A DNA stretch of 64,000 nucleotides from Paraspadella gotoi (GCA_051294375.1 CM119270.1:11404141-11468140); one strand, 5' to 3'; shown: positions 1-13,744, counted from the first letter of the stretch. Numbers and translations are program-made. Notes: generated by a model not told the origin, from the letters alone.

Positions 1-3000
1 TTTATTTTTTTTTAAATCTCGTTTTCTTGTCCAGAATTTTAAATTTTTTGTTAAGGCCAATGCTTATTTGCAAAAGCTGTCGCGTAATTGCAATTAACTA
101 GGTTTAATTATTTAAAATGTGTTTATAAAATAGTTTCTGTTCGATGAACCTGTGAAGAATAACTACCGAATAAAAATTGTTTTAAAAAATACGAAATGGA
201 TATTGGTGTATATTCAAACCTTTAAATACTCAATTTACCAATGTCACAAAGCACATCCTTTTCACCAAACAATCCCTTTTAGAGCGTTCACCATCCATCT
301 CCCAATTAAATTGGCGGTGAGGAGAGAAGCTTTTCAATTCACGGGGTGAATAAAACTTGTTACGTGATTTCTGCACTGCTTAGCACGCTAGCAACGACGA
401 GTCCTCGCACCGCCGGTTTTATTCATCGTTGCTCCCTTTCTATTTCTCTCTCTCTCTCTCTCTTCTCTCTTCGTTCTTTCTCTCTCCTCTCTCTCTCTCT
501 TCTCTCTCTACTCTCCCGACTCTCCCTCCACCGCCAAAGCCACGTTTCTATCGGCGCATATTTCTTCCCATTATCCTTTCACTTTTATTGCTTCTTTTTC
601 ACGTTTTGTTCGATAAATTTCGGAATAGGGGGAAAAAAGATGACTTTTTTTTTCAAACGAAAAATCAACTAAAATTAGTGAATTGGAGCGAATACGTTCA
701 AACGTTATTCAGTAGTATGGAAGAATATTTTCAAATAATATATTGCGTTTTTTTAAAACGTTTAGAGAATTTTAGCTCGTTGAGTGAGAGTAAAAGGCAC
801 TGGGATAAATTTCGTCGTGTGTTCAATTTGACGTAGAAAAAGGACTTACAAAGAGAGAGAGAGGAAAGAGAGAGAAGATGTGAGAGAGAAGAGAGGAGAG
901 AGAGAGAGAGAGAGAGATGAGAGATAGAGAGAGATAGGAGAAGATGGGAAGGAGGAATGAAGCTTCCAAAATCTTTTTTCCATTTCCTTCCATTTCTCTT
1001 TGGAGTCAATAGCGCCAATTTACATTTACGAGGAAACTCGATCTCTTCACTCCAGTGAGAAGAGAGAGAGACGAGAGAGGAGATGAGGACGAGAGAGTGA
1101 GAAGAGGATCGAGAGAGAGAGAGAAGGAGAGAGAGAGAAAGGAGAGGAGAGAGACTATAGAGATCGGAGAGAGAGAGAGAGAGAGAGCTTTCCTTTACAA
1201 ATCCCATCTTGGGGATTACTTTTTTAGTAATCCTCGAAAAACTATCCAGTTTTTTTGTTTTTTTTTTCCAATCGTTAAAACTTTAAAAACTCAAAACTAG
1301 CAGACTTCAACCAATTACAATTTCGCCTTTTTTTCATCATCTACTTGAATTACTTATTCCATTGTTATAATAAACTCTTGCACCCAAATAATTCAAACAG
1401 ATTAAAGCAGTTTCTCCGCGGAAAAGAAATAACGATCCGCTCATCGTTCTTTGTCCTTTTTTTCGGAATTTGTTTTCAAACCGAAAACGCACCTGGTGTC
1501 GCATGGATGAAGTCCGAATCCAGACAAATGGACTAACAAATGATTTTGAGGTGAACTCAAAGCGAAGTCAAGCAAACAAAAATGGTGCTCAAATTAAATG
1601 CATTCACTTTAATTTACTGTTGGCCACTTACCATTAAACATTAAACTCCCTCATTAAAATGGTCCATTGTAATAATACAAATATCTCAGCATTGAAATAT
1701 AACAACGAATGGGAAAACCGCGTTTTGCCCAAGAATCCGCTTTTTCTCAGGTGGCGTCCGTCATCGTCCTCGCGGTCATCATCGTCGCCGTCGTCGCCGT
1801 CCTTTCGCTCCCGTCGTCAGGTGGCGTTTTGCCCGTTCGTCAAATTTTCGGAATTTCTCGCCAGACAAATGGTCCGACTTCGCTGCCGTTTCCCCCTACC
1901 GATGTTTTCCCCCCAAGGGTTTTAGCGTTTACATCTCATGGGAGAGAAAGTTGTAGGGTAAGGGTAAGGTCCGACGTTCTCCTACGAACTCCCTAATCAC
2001 ATCACTCCAAGGAGCACATGTTTCAAGTTAAGGGTCCGAGGCTACTTTCACCACATTTGCATTGACGAATTTCGTGAAACAAACTGGGATTTGAGATCGC
2101 CGACCCTGTAACCTTCGTAGCTTACCTATTTCTTCCCCTCGCCCCTGGTTTCTAACTATAGTAGTCGTCACTATTGAGGATCGCCCGTTAACTTTAATTT
2201 CGCGCCCGTGATCTTTCCATGCCCCCGCCCATTGCCCAGCCCTTTCCTGGCCATATCCCCCCCCCGGCCACTCTCTTCCACCCTTCCTCATGAAACCTCA
2301 TTCGGGCTCCACTTAAACTATCAGGCGGTCCAAACATGATTTGAATTGGTTAAACCGAGAAGGAAGAGAAAGGAAAAGAGAAGAAAAGAGAATCGGAGAA
2401 AAAAGAAGGGTTAGAATCATATTGCGGTCTCTGTTGTGGAAACAATCGTTTATGGGGTTCGCTGTTCTATTCTTGTTTTCGCGTAACAGTTCGCTTGGTA
2501 CACGCGGGAAGCAAAACTGTCTTTTAGTTCGTTTGTCGGAAACGGTTGCACATTGAATTTTTTTTCTGAAATAAAAAAGACAATTTTGACAATTTAAGAC
2601 AATAAGAAGATTAAACGATTAAAACGATGAGTTAGTTGAGCAAGAAAAATTGCCACTAATGGCACCTTAAAAATTAAAATTTCAAACAATTAAGGGCATT
2701 CATTGCGGACATTGCAAGATTGGAAAAGTACTTAAATATATCAATGAAAATCATGAGTGGAATATTATCATTTACACTAGGCATTTGCCATTTTTTTTTT
2801 AGTCATAGACAGAAACTGGCAAATGAAAAAAAAAGTAAATACTATCATTATTGGTACATGAAAAACAATTTTTAAAAATAAATATCATTTTATTATTTAT
2901 TATTGTTACTTATTGTTGTTATTTTTCTAATTTTGGGTTAAAAAAAAAACTGTTTTTTCCAACGATTGGCTGGAAAGGTGTTTGAATTATAAAGTTGGCC

Positions 3001-3614
3001 ATCCTTGTCTGTACTGTCGCTACTTTTCGATCCCAAAGCCTTCTCCGACTGCTCAATCTAAGTTTAAAAGCACAACTCGTCGTTCGTCCCAAGTCCCAGT
3101 AGTTTGGCGCGCACGAATCTGTCTGCCACCGTGTCTGGCGCCGTACTTTTCCTATCGACTCTTTGTTCAAAACCAACCCAACAATAATGTAAATATAAAT
3201 TAAAGGGAAAAATAAAGATCATGACGATGTTAGTATTGAGACCAAATGAGACATTTGAAAGTTTTCTGGCTTCATTTTTTGTTAAATATATAAGGTCGGT
3301 TGAATTCCGAAATTTTTCCAAAAATAAGAAGAAAAGTCGGAGCGAGAATTTGTAAAAACAAATTTTAAACAAGAAGGAGGGGGCGTAAAGGGAGCGAGAA
3401 AATGGAGTAAATTCCAGACTCCGAAGCAGAGGTAGGCGAGATTGGGGGGATTGTAGTGAATCACCTTACCCGAGTTCCGACGGTATGGAGAGAAGGATTA
3501 GAGTTCTTGAATAATGACACACTGGAGCAAAGCGACGAGAAGAAAAACGAGAGAAACTGAGTTGTTAAGGTAACGCAATTAGAGTCGGCAGTTGATTAAA
3601 CATGTGAAAGGAGT

Positions 3615-3890
3615 TTTCGCGCACGCATGCGTTTTTTTTTTTAACGGCCGCTGAAAAAACCCTGGAGTTGTTTTTTTTCTCTCTTTTTTTTTAAAAATGG
3701 CGGGCCGGTCGACGACTGCGGTGCGGCGGGAGTGCGCGGCGGCGGCGGCGATGGCGACGCGTGCGGCTGGAGGTAGCGGCCGCCGTTTAAAACGAAACGG
3801 CAGCGCAACGGGGAACACTTGGCCGACGCAAACGTCGATTGGGCGCTCCCGCTTGGAGCCAATGAAATAATGAATGTGCGCTCTCAGCCT
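3615..3890. promoter_or_regulatory. CpG-rich promoter-like island
   Basis: A sharp GC/CpG peak in AT-rich DNA with a YY1/Pho-type AAAATGGCGG (3694-3703), opposed CCAAT boxes (ATTGG 3838-3842, CCAAT 3859-3863) and consensus splice donors on each side. Confidence 0.4.
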
Positions 3891-4302
3891 CTTTCTCCTC
3901 TCTCGTGGCTCTGTTTCTCCTCTCTTTCTCTTTCTCTCTTTCTCTCTCTCTCGTCTCTCCATCTCTCTTCCTCTCTCTCTCTCATCTCTCTCTTCTCTCT
4001 CATCTTTCTTCTTCTCCTTCCTCTTCTCTTCACATCTCCTTTTTTTCTCAATTTGCAGCTTCCAGTTTAAAGAATTCAATTGAACTCGAATTGTTTCCGG
4101 TGAGTAATTCCTGGTCAGAAGAAAGTTAGGCAAGTCTAAGCTTTTTGTAAATTGCTTCCATCAGATAAAAAGAATAGAAAGACCACAAAAAAAAGAAATT
4201 GTGGCGGCCTTTAGAATTTTACTCGCTTTTCTTATTAGGAGCCTGCTTTTCAATTTGCTTTCGTTTCTGCGCGTTTAGTGAGAGAGAAAGGAGAGGAGAG
4301 AC

Positions 4303-4351
<49 letters not shown>

Positions 4352-4465
4352 GAGAAGAGAGAGGAGAGAAGAGAAGAGAGAAGATTTAGAGAGAGAAAGA
4401 GGAGAGATTTTAATTTGATTTTATTTGTATCTCAAAAATTGTGACAGCTTAACACATTAACAGAC

Positions 4466-4499
<34 letters not shown>

Positions 4500-5247
4500 A
4501 TCACGGAGAGCCGAGAGGAGACGAGAAAGATAAAGCAGAAAGAGAAAGAGAGATGATAGAAAAAGAAAGAAATAGAGAAACGAATAGACTGGCAGAAAGG
4601 CAGATAAAAAGAGAGAGACTAAAGGGGATTAGCGAGAGGGAGCGAAAGCAAAGTCCCTCGGAAGCGACAATAATCATGGCTTTCAGTCCAAGTTTTAAGC
4701 GGCCGACGGAAGCGAACGGATTCTCAGCTTTTTCGTCATAAACTTCGCGAATGAAGAGTTTTTAACAACTCGGCGTAACAGATTTTCAGTTTCGTGTATT
4801 GTGTGAATTTTTAGCTTTTTAAAAAGGAGATCGAATTTACGCCATTAAAAATAGTAGTCGTTTCTTTAACAAATAATGTAAAATATAAACGACATCCCTT
4901 ACCCATCAAACTTTCATTCAGCAATTAACCATCAAATCTGTCCATGAATTTTCTCGGAGCAATTTTTGTTTTCTACTTCCTTTTCGCAACTCTTCTCCTC
5001 CTTCATCACCCTCGGTTGTTCTTTTGTTGATTTCGTTTTTCTCTCCGCCGCCAGCGTCGCTATCGTCGCCGTCGTTGTCGTCGTCTTTCGCTACTCGAGC
5101 CTTTCTCATTCATTTTGTCATCACAAAGCCCTCCCCTTTTCTTTCCCTTCTTCCTATTTTTTTTCCTAATCTCTTTCTCTTCTTTTTTTTTTGTATCTCT
5201 CTTTCTCTTTCTCTTCCTTTTTTTTACTTTTTTTTCTCTCTCTTCCC

Positions 5248-5281
<34 letters not shown>

Positions 5282-5394
5282 TTGTCCCCCTTCTCTTTTC
5301 CTTTCTTTTTTTTCTTTCTTTTCTTTCTTTCCTTCTCTTTATCTTCCACGCTCTCTCCTTCTCTCTGCTCTCCTCTCTCTCTCTCTCTCTCTCC

Positions 5395-5441
<47 letters not shown>

Positions 5442-6328
5442 ACAATTTCTTCATTTCACTCCCTCACTTTCCCCACTTTCTCCTTTCTTTCCTTTCTTTA
5501 ATATCCCCTGACATTTGCAATACGCTACTCGGTATAAGAACCCTGAAGCCAAATCAAAAATGAAAAACCGCTGCGAGCATCCCCGATGCTGGGAGGGGCC
5601 GGAGAAGGGAGGGTTCCGTCAGGGAGAAGAAAACAGTGCAGGAGGGGGGGCAGGAAAAAATTGACGTCGGTACAATCCCATCAGCAAATATTAAAATGTT
5701 AAACGTGGCTGTCATCGTATATTCTAAGCTTTAGCGTGATGAAAACTAAAGGTAAAACGAAAATGGTAAAATGAAAGTTTTATAAGTTGTGTATTTTGGT
5801 GGATCGTTTTGAAGGAACCTATGAATTGGACTAAATAAATTCCTTAGTCCGGACAGACCCAAAATGAAGTAAAAAAATATTGAATCTCACCTCCGAATTC
5901 CATGTTTTTTACTAGACCCAGTGAAAGCCCCCCCCTCTCTCTCCCCCTAACCTCCCTGCCCCCCATTGTCGGTCGAGGTCCCATTCAGGAAACGTCGTTG
6001 TTATTTGATAAAAGGCGTCGCTCGCCCGAAAGGCCAATAAAAATTGATTGGAAAACCGGCGATTCTCAATCCTTGATAAAAGAGGGGAATCGTGGGGGGG
6101 GGGTTCGTGGTGGGCGCGCGGAATGCCGCGCAACCCTAACCCTGACGATAATGAAGAAAACCGGATTAAGGAGGACGACAAAGGCGACTAAGAGAAAAAA
6201 AAATGTTAAAAACAACTCATAAACAACGAAAAAGAAAGGATTTTCACATCAAAACAATCGCAATACTTGAATAAAAAAGTTAAATCTTGACTAAAATGAT
6301 GTTGCGTAGACTGACAAATTAGCACTTA

Positions 6329-6592
6329 TGTAGTCTGGCATTGCCCAGGTTCACCCCGCCTATAAGCATGACACCTTCAGTCGTGACCCGGTGGCTCATT
6401 GAGTAAAGCCTTATCCACAATCCCAAGGCGGCTTACGGTCATCCTAACGCTTCCCGCAGGGTAGGTGCAGGTTTGGGATTGAACCCGGTACCTAGTAGTC
6501 ATGAGCTGATTGCTCTACTCAATGAGCCACCGAGTCACGACTGAAGGTGTCACGCTTATAGGCGGGGTGAACCTAGGCAATGCCCGACTACA
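6329..6592. mobile_element. 264-bp non-autonomous element with TGTAG...CTACA ends, 81-bp inverted repeats, 4-bp TSD and tRNA-like core
   Basis: Arms 6329-6409 and 6512-6592 are reverse complements with 5 mismatches. CTTA is duplicated on both flanks (6325-6328, 6593-6596). Confidence 0.85.
6471..6536 (-). other. tRNA-derived sequence (Met-CAT-like) inside the element; not a functional tRNA
   Basis: The - strand reads GACTCGG TG GCTC ATTGAGTA GAGC A ATCAG CT-CAT-GA CTACT AGGTAC CGGGTTCAATCCC: A box with D stem GCTC/GAGC, loop CTCATGA and B box GGTTCAATCC. The acceptor and anticodon stems are broken. Confidence 0.65.
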
Positions 6593-7618
6593 CTTATCGC
6601 TAATCTTAAATTATACGGTAATTAAATTAGTATAAACTGAACCAGGTGATCTAAAGAGATACGAAAAATATATATTAATGCTAAAAACTCTCTTTAAAAT
6701 TTTGTTTAATTTCACAAAAAAACAAAAACAAAAGCAAAAAAAAAATAAAAACAAAAGAGCAAATAAATTCTGGCTTTTGAAGCCTCTGAGTGATAAAGGC
6801 AACAAAAAGGAAGCCGCGAAGTATCATAAATCCACCACACTGGTCAAATTGGGTGGAGACAAGGAGAGGGAAGAACTGGAAGGGGAAGCTTTAATTAAAT
6901 TCCTTTGTATGACAAATAGAGAGAGGGAGGAAGGGAAAGAAAAACGAGGAAAAACACACCTATGAAACACACGAGAGAGGAAGATCTTAGGAGAGAGGAG
7001 AGAGAGATGAGAGAAGATGAGAGGAGAGAGAGATGAGAGAGAGAAATAGAGATACTGTAGCGGCGCCAAAGAAGGCAAATGCCTGAGCAGCCAATCAATA
7101 CCAACCGCGAGGCTTTTTTTTTTTCTCGGAGACAAACGAGGAAGCGTCTTCCTTCGATTCCCACCTCCGGCAAAATTTCCGGAATAACAAAACTTTTTCT
7201 TTTACTTCTTTTTAATATTCTTTTAAAAGAGTCGTTTGTGTTATTGGATCCTCTTAACTGTTGAACACGCCATCTGACAACTGAAAGATTTTTTGCCACT
7301 AAATTTTCTTCGGACGTCAACCGAACAAAATTTCTATCCTAAAAATAACGTTGCGACCGCTTCCATTTGGTTTATTGAAGACCACGAAGACGAATTTAGT
7401 TTCATATTGCAATACATGATTATTGCTAAAGTATAATTTTCATTATGAATAAAAAACGTCAAAGCATGGATTTGGATAATTTTATAATAATGTTAAATAA
7501 AGAAGCGATGAAAAAAAAATGAAGACTTAAATCCGGGAAAGGGATATAAAATTTAAAAAAAAATGAAACCGATTTAAAGCCGACGACGATGACGAGAACG
7601 ATTGAAAGAGAAAGACGA

Positions 7619-7660
<42 letters not shown>

Positions 7661-7779
7661 CAGTTAGTTTATAAATTGAAAATAAATCCCATCGAGCTTC
7701 GTTGGAACACGAGGCAGGATTCGTTAGGTGAAAGGGTGAGAGATGCATGGATTTCTGAGAGAGGAAGAGAATAGACGAG

Positions 7780-7863
<84 letters not shown>

Positions 7864-8229
7864 AGAAGATTTTGTCGAGAGAGATTTGAGGAAAGTAGTT
7901 GCACTAATAAAGCGACAGTAGAGAATATATAGTTTTAAACAAAGCAATATAACCAATGTCATCATTTTTAACTCATAACTTGACGTTTATCCTTCGGAAA
8001 AAATTAAAAACGAAAAAGATACGAAGGAGAGAAAGGGAGAGAGAGAGAGAGAGAGAGTCATTTATATGGATACGGTTTCGGATTTTCCATACAGGAAAAG
8101 GAATAACTCAGAAAGATCTCATATCTAATTCCTGGCCATATGCGAGAGTACATCAAGATAGAATCCGCTTTCAACAAGTCTTCAATTTTGAGAGGGAAAA
8201 AAATGAGAAACAGGGAGAAAGGGAGAGAG

Positions 8230-8335
8230 AGGGAAGAAGGAAGTGGGAGGGAAGAAGGAAGAGGGAGGGAAGAAGGAAGAGAGAGGGAGGAAGGAAGAGG
8301 GAGGGAGGAAGGAAGAGGGAGGGAGGAAGGAAAAT
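8230..8335 (+). repeat. Purine-only ~18-bp minisatellite
   Basis: (GGGAGGAAGGAAGAGGGA)n-like, ~5-6 copies. Confidence 0.8.
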
Positions 8336-9223
8336 GTTGGGTGGGAGGAAAAAGAAAAAAAAGCACCTTTTTTTAATCAAAATTTTCTGACAGAAAATGT
8401 GTTCTGTTACTATTTTTCGGAAAACTTTNNNNNNNNNNTTTAAGTATATCGAAAACGAGTAAAAATGTCAATATATATAAATGTTAGAATATTTAAATAA
8501 ATAAATAAAGGAATATACACTAACGTACAATTACTATAAAGTGATAAGATAAAAATTTCCGAAAAAATAAGGAAAAGAAAATTATCCCATTTCTTTACGT
8601 ACCAAAAACACATTTCCTCGCTTCTTTTCTTCCCACATTTTTTCTCGTTTTCCTCAAAACGAATTTTTTTTATCGTTCGCCATTTTAAGGTAAGACAGGC
8701 GGGGAGATGAGCCGCCCTAGATAGTGGCGCCGTTCGGGGCTTTTGGGGAGAGAGAGCGAGAGAAAGAGAGAGAGAAACAGAGAGAGAGAGAGAGACCTAT
8801 TTATTTTTGATAAAAAAAATGAAAAGTTTCGTTAAAAAACTCCGTTTTCAAAGTATATATAACACACACACTTGTTCACCCGTTTTTGACACATTTACGA
8901 TATAAAAAAGAACTCAATACAGGGAAATCAGTTTTTCTTCACCTCTTTCAAATATTTCTTCATATTGTAGCCGTTGTTGCTATTTCTCAATCACTTTTTT
9001 TCTCACGGAAAATCTTTCATCTTTCATCCCGTCTCAAATCTTTCAAACTTTTCTCTTTCTCTCTTAACTTCATATATCTATTGTCTCTTAATTTTTCCAT
9101 CTCTCAAAAGTGAGCACCCCACTTTCCTCCCACTTTATTCCCTCCAAGATAAACCCACTGCCGGTCTTCTCCCCTATTCCCATTCCATCGCACATCTTTT
9201 CCTCCCATCCTTCCCAATGGCAC

Positions 9224-9312
9224 CCACACAAAACCCTCTATCCACACAAAACCCTCTATCCACACAAACCCTCTATCCACACAAAACCCTCTATCCACAC
9301 AAAACCCTCTAT
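9224..9312 (+). repeat. 18-bp minisatellite, ~5 copies
   Basis: (CCACACAAAACCCTCTAT)n. Confidence 0.9.
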
Positions 9313-9906
9313 TCCCAGTGGGCATCGCGACGGGAAATTCGAGAAAAGAGGTTTAGCCGTCGTTGGCTTCATCTCAACGCGGTCGCTGCTTCAGATTTGG
9401 TTTATGGCGTCGTAACACAAACGGAGAAGTTCGGTTGTGAATTTATGAAGGATTTCAACTTTCAACGACGTGAAGGTTGTTTAGTGGTAAAAATAAAATG
9501 AAGGGGTGACATTTTAAACAAAGGGAAAGATGAATTAATTCGATAATGTTTTAAAAAATGAATGAATTTAAGTATGAATAAACAAATGAATGAATTGGTT
9601 CATAGATTAATAACGGAAGCACTAAATCATTGACTAAATAATGAACGAACTAACGAGCCTAGGAACGATTAAACAAACGAACGAGCGGAAGAAAGAAGAA
9701 ACGAAAATAAAGCGCCATACTTCTCTGTCCCTCGAAACGATTTCCCCTCCGATGACATAAATACTGAAATAGTGGCAAAGGCTTACGTCGTCGTCGACTG
9801 TAAACAAACAACACCTCAGAGGCTGCGCCGAGGCTCTTGAGGGCGGAGACGGCAGAGCTCATAAGCCATAAACAAAAACAATAGAAAGAGAGAGAGAGAG
9901 AGAGAG

Positions 9907-9947
<41 letters not shown>

Positions 9948-11692
9948 TTGAATAGAAGAAAAGAGAAAATGGTAGGAAGTAAATGCGGGTCGGGGGGAGG
10001 AAGGGGCGTCGGAAGAATTGTTGTCGTGGAATGTGGATGTCTTCCAACAAAAATAAGTCGCGCGCAAAGAGTCGAAATAGAATTATATGGGGAACATAAA
10101 AACAAAGGTTTATTTGTTACATACTCTTTTTCTTTTACGATCGGTCCCGATTCTTCGAAAGCATGATTCGGTTGCGAGTCGGAAAAAGAAAAAAAAAACA
10201 TAAACAAACAAACGCGTCTTAAAAAAATATAACGTCTTGGCTAAGCAAGGGTTGGGGTTTAATAAAAAGCACTCGGCTTTTGCTTCATGAAGTGCAAAGC
10301 CTTTCGAAAGTCTGAAATAATGAGAATGTAAATTTTAATGAAATATTGGAATTCGATAGCAAAAATTTCCCTTTTTAAAAGAAGGAAACTAAATTTATTT
10401 TGTCACGATTCGCGAAGAAAACTGTTTCATGCTGATGCCAAGTCGAGCTCGGGATTTCCGCGAAAGAATGACAAATGAATTATGCAGATATATTTTACGC
10501 CGAGGAAAAAAAATGGATGAGATGTACACGACGAATGGTTTGATGATATTATTCATGAAGGAAAATTTTGGGTGTGATCATTTTTTTTGGTGAGACGATA
10601 TGACAGCGAAGTCACTCTTGGTTTAAGGAATTGATAAAGACGAAGTAAGTGATCGTTAGGGTTAACGTTTCACGTTTCACTAATGACCACAAGAGTTTTA
10701 CCCCTTGTAGGCTTACAAGATTTCAATTTTGATTTGCTGCTCCTCATTGCCTTTAAACCATGTTCTATATTCCTGCACCCCCTCTTCATTGGCTTCGCTG
10801 GAGTTAAAACTACAACAACGACAACAAACCCGGAACGCTTCTCATTTTCCCCTGACGACTTCGCCATTTATTTTCAAGGATTTAAAAAACATCTCGACGA
10901 AGGAGAAGGTTGGGGTTTCGTTAGGTCTGACATAGCTTCTCGATAAAGGCGAAGGTATAGAGTTAGGCCTGACATCGGTTGTCTAACAGTCAATGTTTTT
11001 TTAGTTTTTTTTTTTTCGCTTTCGTTCATATGACGATTTTTTATCTGAAATTTTAAGGTTTTTTGCGAAGTTGTCACCCAAAAAAGGTCACCGCTTATCT
11101 ACGGTTTCAGATTTCTTGCCGCCATCGCGACTTCGTCGTCTTTTTCGTCGTCGTCGTGGTTTCTATTTAGATCCTATTTTATTTTTATTTAAAACTCGAC
11201 AAAGAAGCCATTTAAGGGCAAGGTCCTTCCACTAAATCGTTATCACTAACTTTCACATTCCTTGAAATCCTTGTCACACTCACGCCGTCTACCACTTCAT
11301 CATACGCCATCTACATTGACACGAGTGACGGCGAAAGAGCGTCTCACGTAATCCGCTCATAAAATTCGGTCGGAAATCGTCACGTCGCGTCACGTGCCGA
11401 GTTCTGTTCGTCAACTCACAGTTTCCTTATTCGCAGGAAACTAACTCGGTTTTCCAGTGCGGATGATTTTTTTTCACGCGAGTCTATACAATCTTCATCT
11501 TCTTTACAAGCTTGAGCACTATTTTTTCTAAAATTTTTTTCCCAGATCAGAGATTATTACCGCAATCAAAACTACAAAAAAATGTTACCTCACTTCCTCT
11601 TTTGAGTTATTGCGTTTAATTCCGATCCTATCACTTTTCTTATATCACTACTCTCGAAATTTTTCAAGGTTATTCAAATATTCCCCTATTTC

Positions 11693-11763
11693 GCCAAATC
11701 TTCCTGCATTTCCCCAAATCTTCCTAGATTTCCCAAATCTTCCTAGATTTCCCAAATCTTCCC
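11693..11763 (+). repeat. 19-bp minisatellite, ~3.5 copies
   Basis: (CCAAATCTTCCTAGATTTC)n. Confidence 0.85.
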
Positions 11764-13720
11764 GCTTCTCGCTTTCACTTCGCCCCTCACGTCGCTTTTC
11801 TTTGCTGCTCACGGATTCTCTTTGTGAACTCGCGAACGGAAGACGATTCATCACTGATTCCGTCGTCGTATTCGTCGTCATCGTCGTCGTCGTCATAATC
11901 ATCGTCGTCGTTGTAGTTACTCCGTCGTCATCGTCGTCATCGATCCAGATTTTCGTCTACGATGCCAAACGTACTCGTTCTCAATAAATATTTGTTTAAG
12001 TACGCAAAACAATTTTTCAATATAGTATCTATTTTTCATCGTCCCTTCCTTAATGAACAATTCCTGAAAGAGGTTCATGCCCTGCTCATGCTAATCGACG
12101 TGACTCTGGTCATCCCCTTCGGCTTTGACTTATCCGCCCATTTCCAATCGAGGCCGTCGACCCTTTCGTCCTTTGACGTCCTCTACATCATCATCGTCCT
12201 TGTCGTCTTGTTCCTCTTATCCTAGTCGTCGTCGTCGGCTTCGTCGTCGGTTTCGTCGTCGTCGTCGTCTTCGTCGTCGTCGTTCTCACTTTCCAGCTCC
12301 GAGGTCGTCAACTTCTATTATTGTCATCCTAATCATTTTGCCTTCATCCTCGCTCGTCTTGATCCCTCTACATTATAGCTGTAGATGTCCGTGGCACGCC
12401 TCCTCTTCCTCTTCCTATTTCAACCCCTAATGCTCCTCCTCATCCGCCTCCTTTTCCTCCCTCCCATTAAATCACGTTCGATTTTCGATCACCGACCTTT
12501 TTCTTTCTCTCTCTTCATTAGCCGTCTCTTGTTTCATACGGAGTCGAAAGGAAAGTTATTGGTTATTACTACAGTCGGGCCTTTAACGAATACTAGGGAA
12601 AGCTTTATCCATTTCGAATTTATTCGTGTGAGGAATTTATTTCATGCATTTATTTTTTATTTAAACCCGAAATCTGCTAAAGCATTTCTGGCGACGTTTT
12701 TACAATAATATTAATTCTGCACATATACAGAGCAAAGAAAATAGAGAATAGAATGTAAAATAGATTTTTTAATAAATTTAAAAAGAAAGCGTAAGCCAGT
12801 CATGAGCTTTCTTTTCCGTATTCACCGTTTAAAAGATTTAATTACACGGCGTGAATAACAAATGAATCTCGTAAATAACGATCGATCACACGTCGTCTCT
12901 TTACGATGCCGAATTCTCTTCTCGTCTCATCTTTATTTCTTCAACTTCGTCGTTTTCATTTGGAGGGGGGGGTGAGTAATTTAGAATTTCTCGCCTATCC
13001 CTTTCCTCGCACCGCGCATCTCGTGTAGTAAACTCGCGCGTAAACTATGAGGCCTCAATATTGCCCGCTTTCGTTGTATATTCATGAATGTAGCGAAATT
13101 TAAGAGGAAGGAAAATAGAGTCGATAGCCTCGTGAGTCTCGACGTCTTTCTAAAAATTCTTCTAAACACCCTGTAAATTGTTAGATCTAAGCAATCATTT
13201 TTGACATCTTCAAAAACTTGATTGCATTCTAGTGATCGTCGTTTTTTTTACCTTCGTCGTTGTCACAGCAGAGTAAAGTGCCTTGGAGAAAGTCAGGGGA
13301 AAAAAAACCGCAGTAACAATGATTAGGACAAAGTGTATGACAAGGAAAATGATAATGAAGATGAAAATGAGGATCAGAAGAAGGAAGGCGAAGGGAGGAC
13401 GAGGCGAGTCCTTGCGAGAGACACGGGCATCGATGAAAAAATTATGCAAAATATTATGCAGGATATTCAGGTGAAAGGTAGAATCGAGACGGCGCTACTA
13501 TCTCTATGTATCTCTCGGCTTGAGCAGGAGAGAGACCGAGAGAAAAAGAGAGAGAGATAGAGAGTGAGAGAGAGAGAGAGAGAGAGAGTCTTAAACGTAA
13601 TCCAATTTAAAATTGGACTCCTGTTGCGTTTTGCCTTCTCTAACTCGCGCTGTCAAGGAGTCTGGCAAATGCGGAATGAGGACAAACAAGAAATTAAGAA
13701 TTAATGAAGGGCTCAGAAAT

Positions 13721-13744
13721 GATTGGCTCAGGGATGATTGGCTC
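13721..13744 (-). promoter_or_regulatory. Tandem CCAAT (NF-Y-type) boxes
   Basis: GATTGGCTC occurs twice with 15-bp periodicity (GAGCCAATC on the - strand). Confidence 0.3.

Noticed and set aside
1750-1820. Hydrophobic VASVIVLAVIIVAVVAVLSL after a good acceptor
   Set aside because: It is explained by degenerate (GTC/ATC)n repeats, with no convincing donor or partner exons.
6471-6536. Functional tRNA-Met gene
   Set aside because: The acceptor stem does not pair, the anticodon and T stems are mismatched, and the sequence is embedded in a TSD-flanked element.
9224-9312. CRISPR-like array (also the 11-, 15- and 19-bp repeats)
   Set aside because: The units are head-to-tail with no unique spacers, there are no cas genes, and the context is eukaryotic.
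11962-12225. 87-aa ORF with a hydrophobic C-terminus
   Set aside because: It has no recognisable motif or splice context, and the hydrophobic end derives from (ATC/GTC)n repeats.
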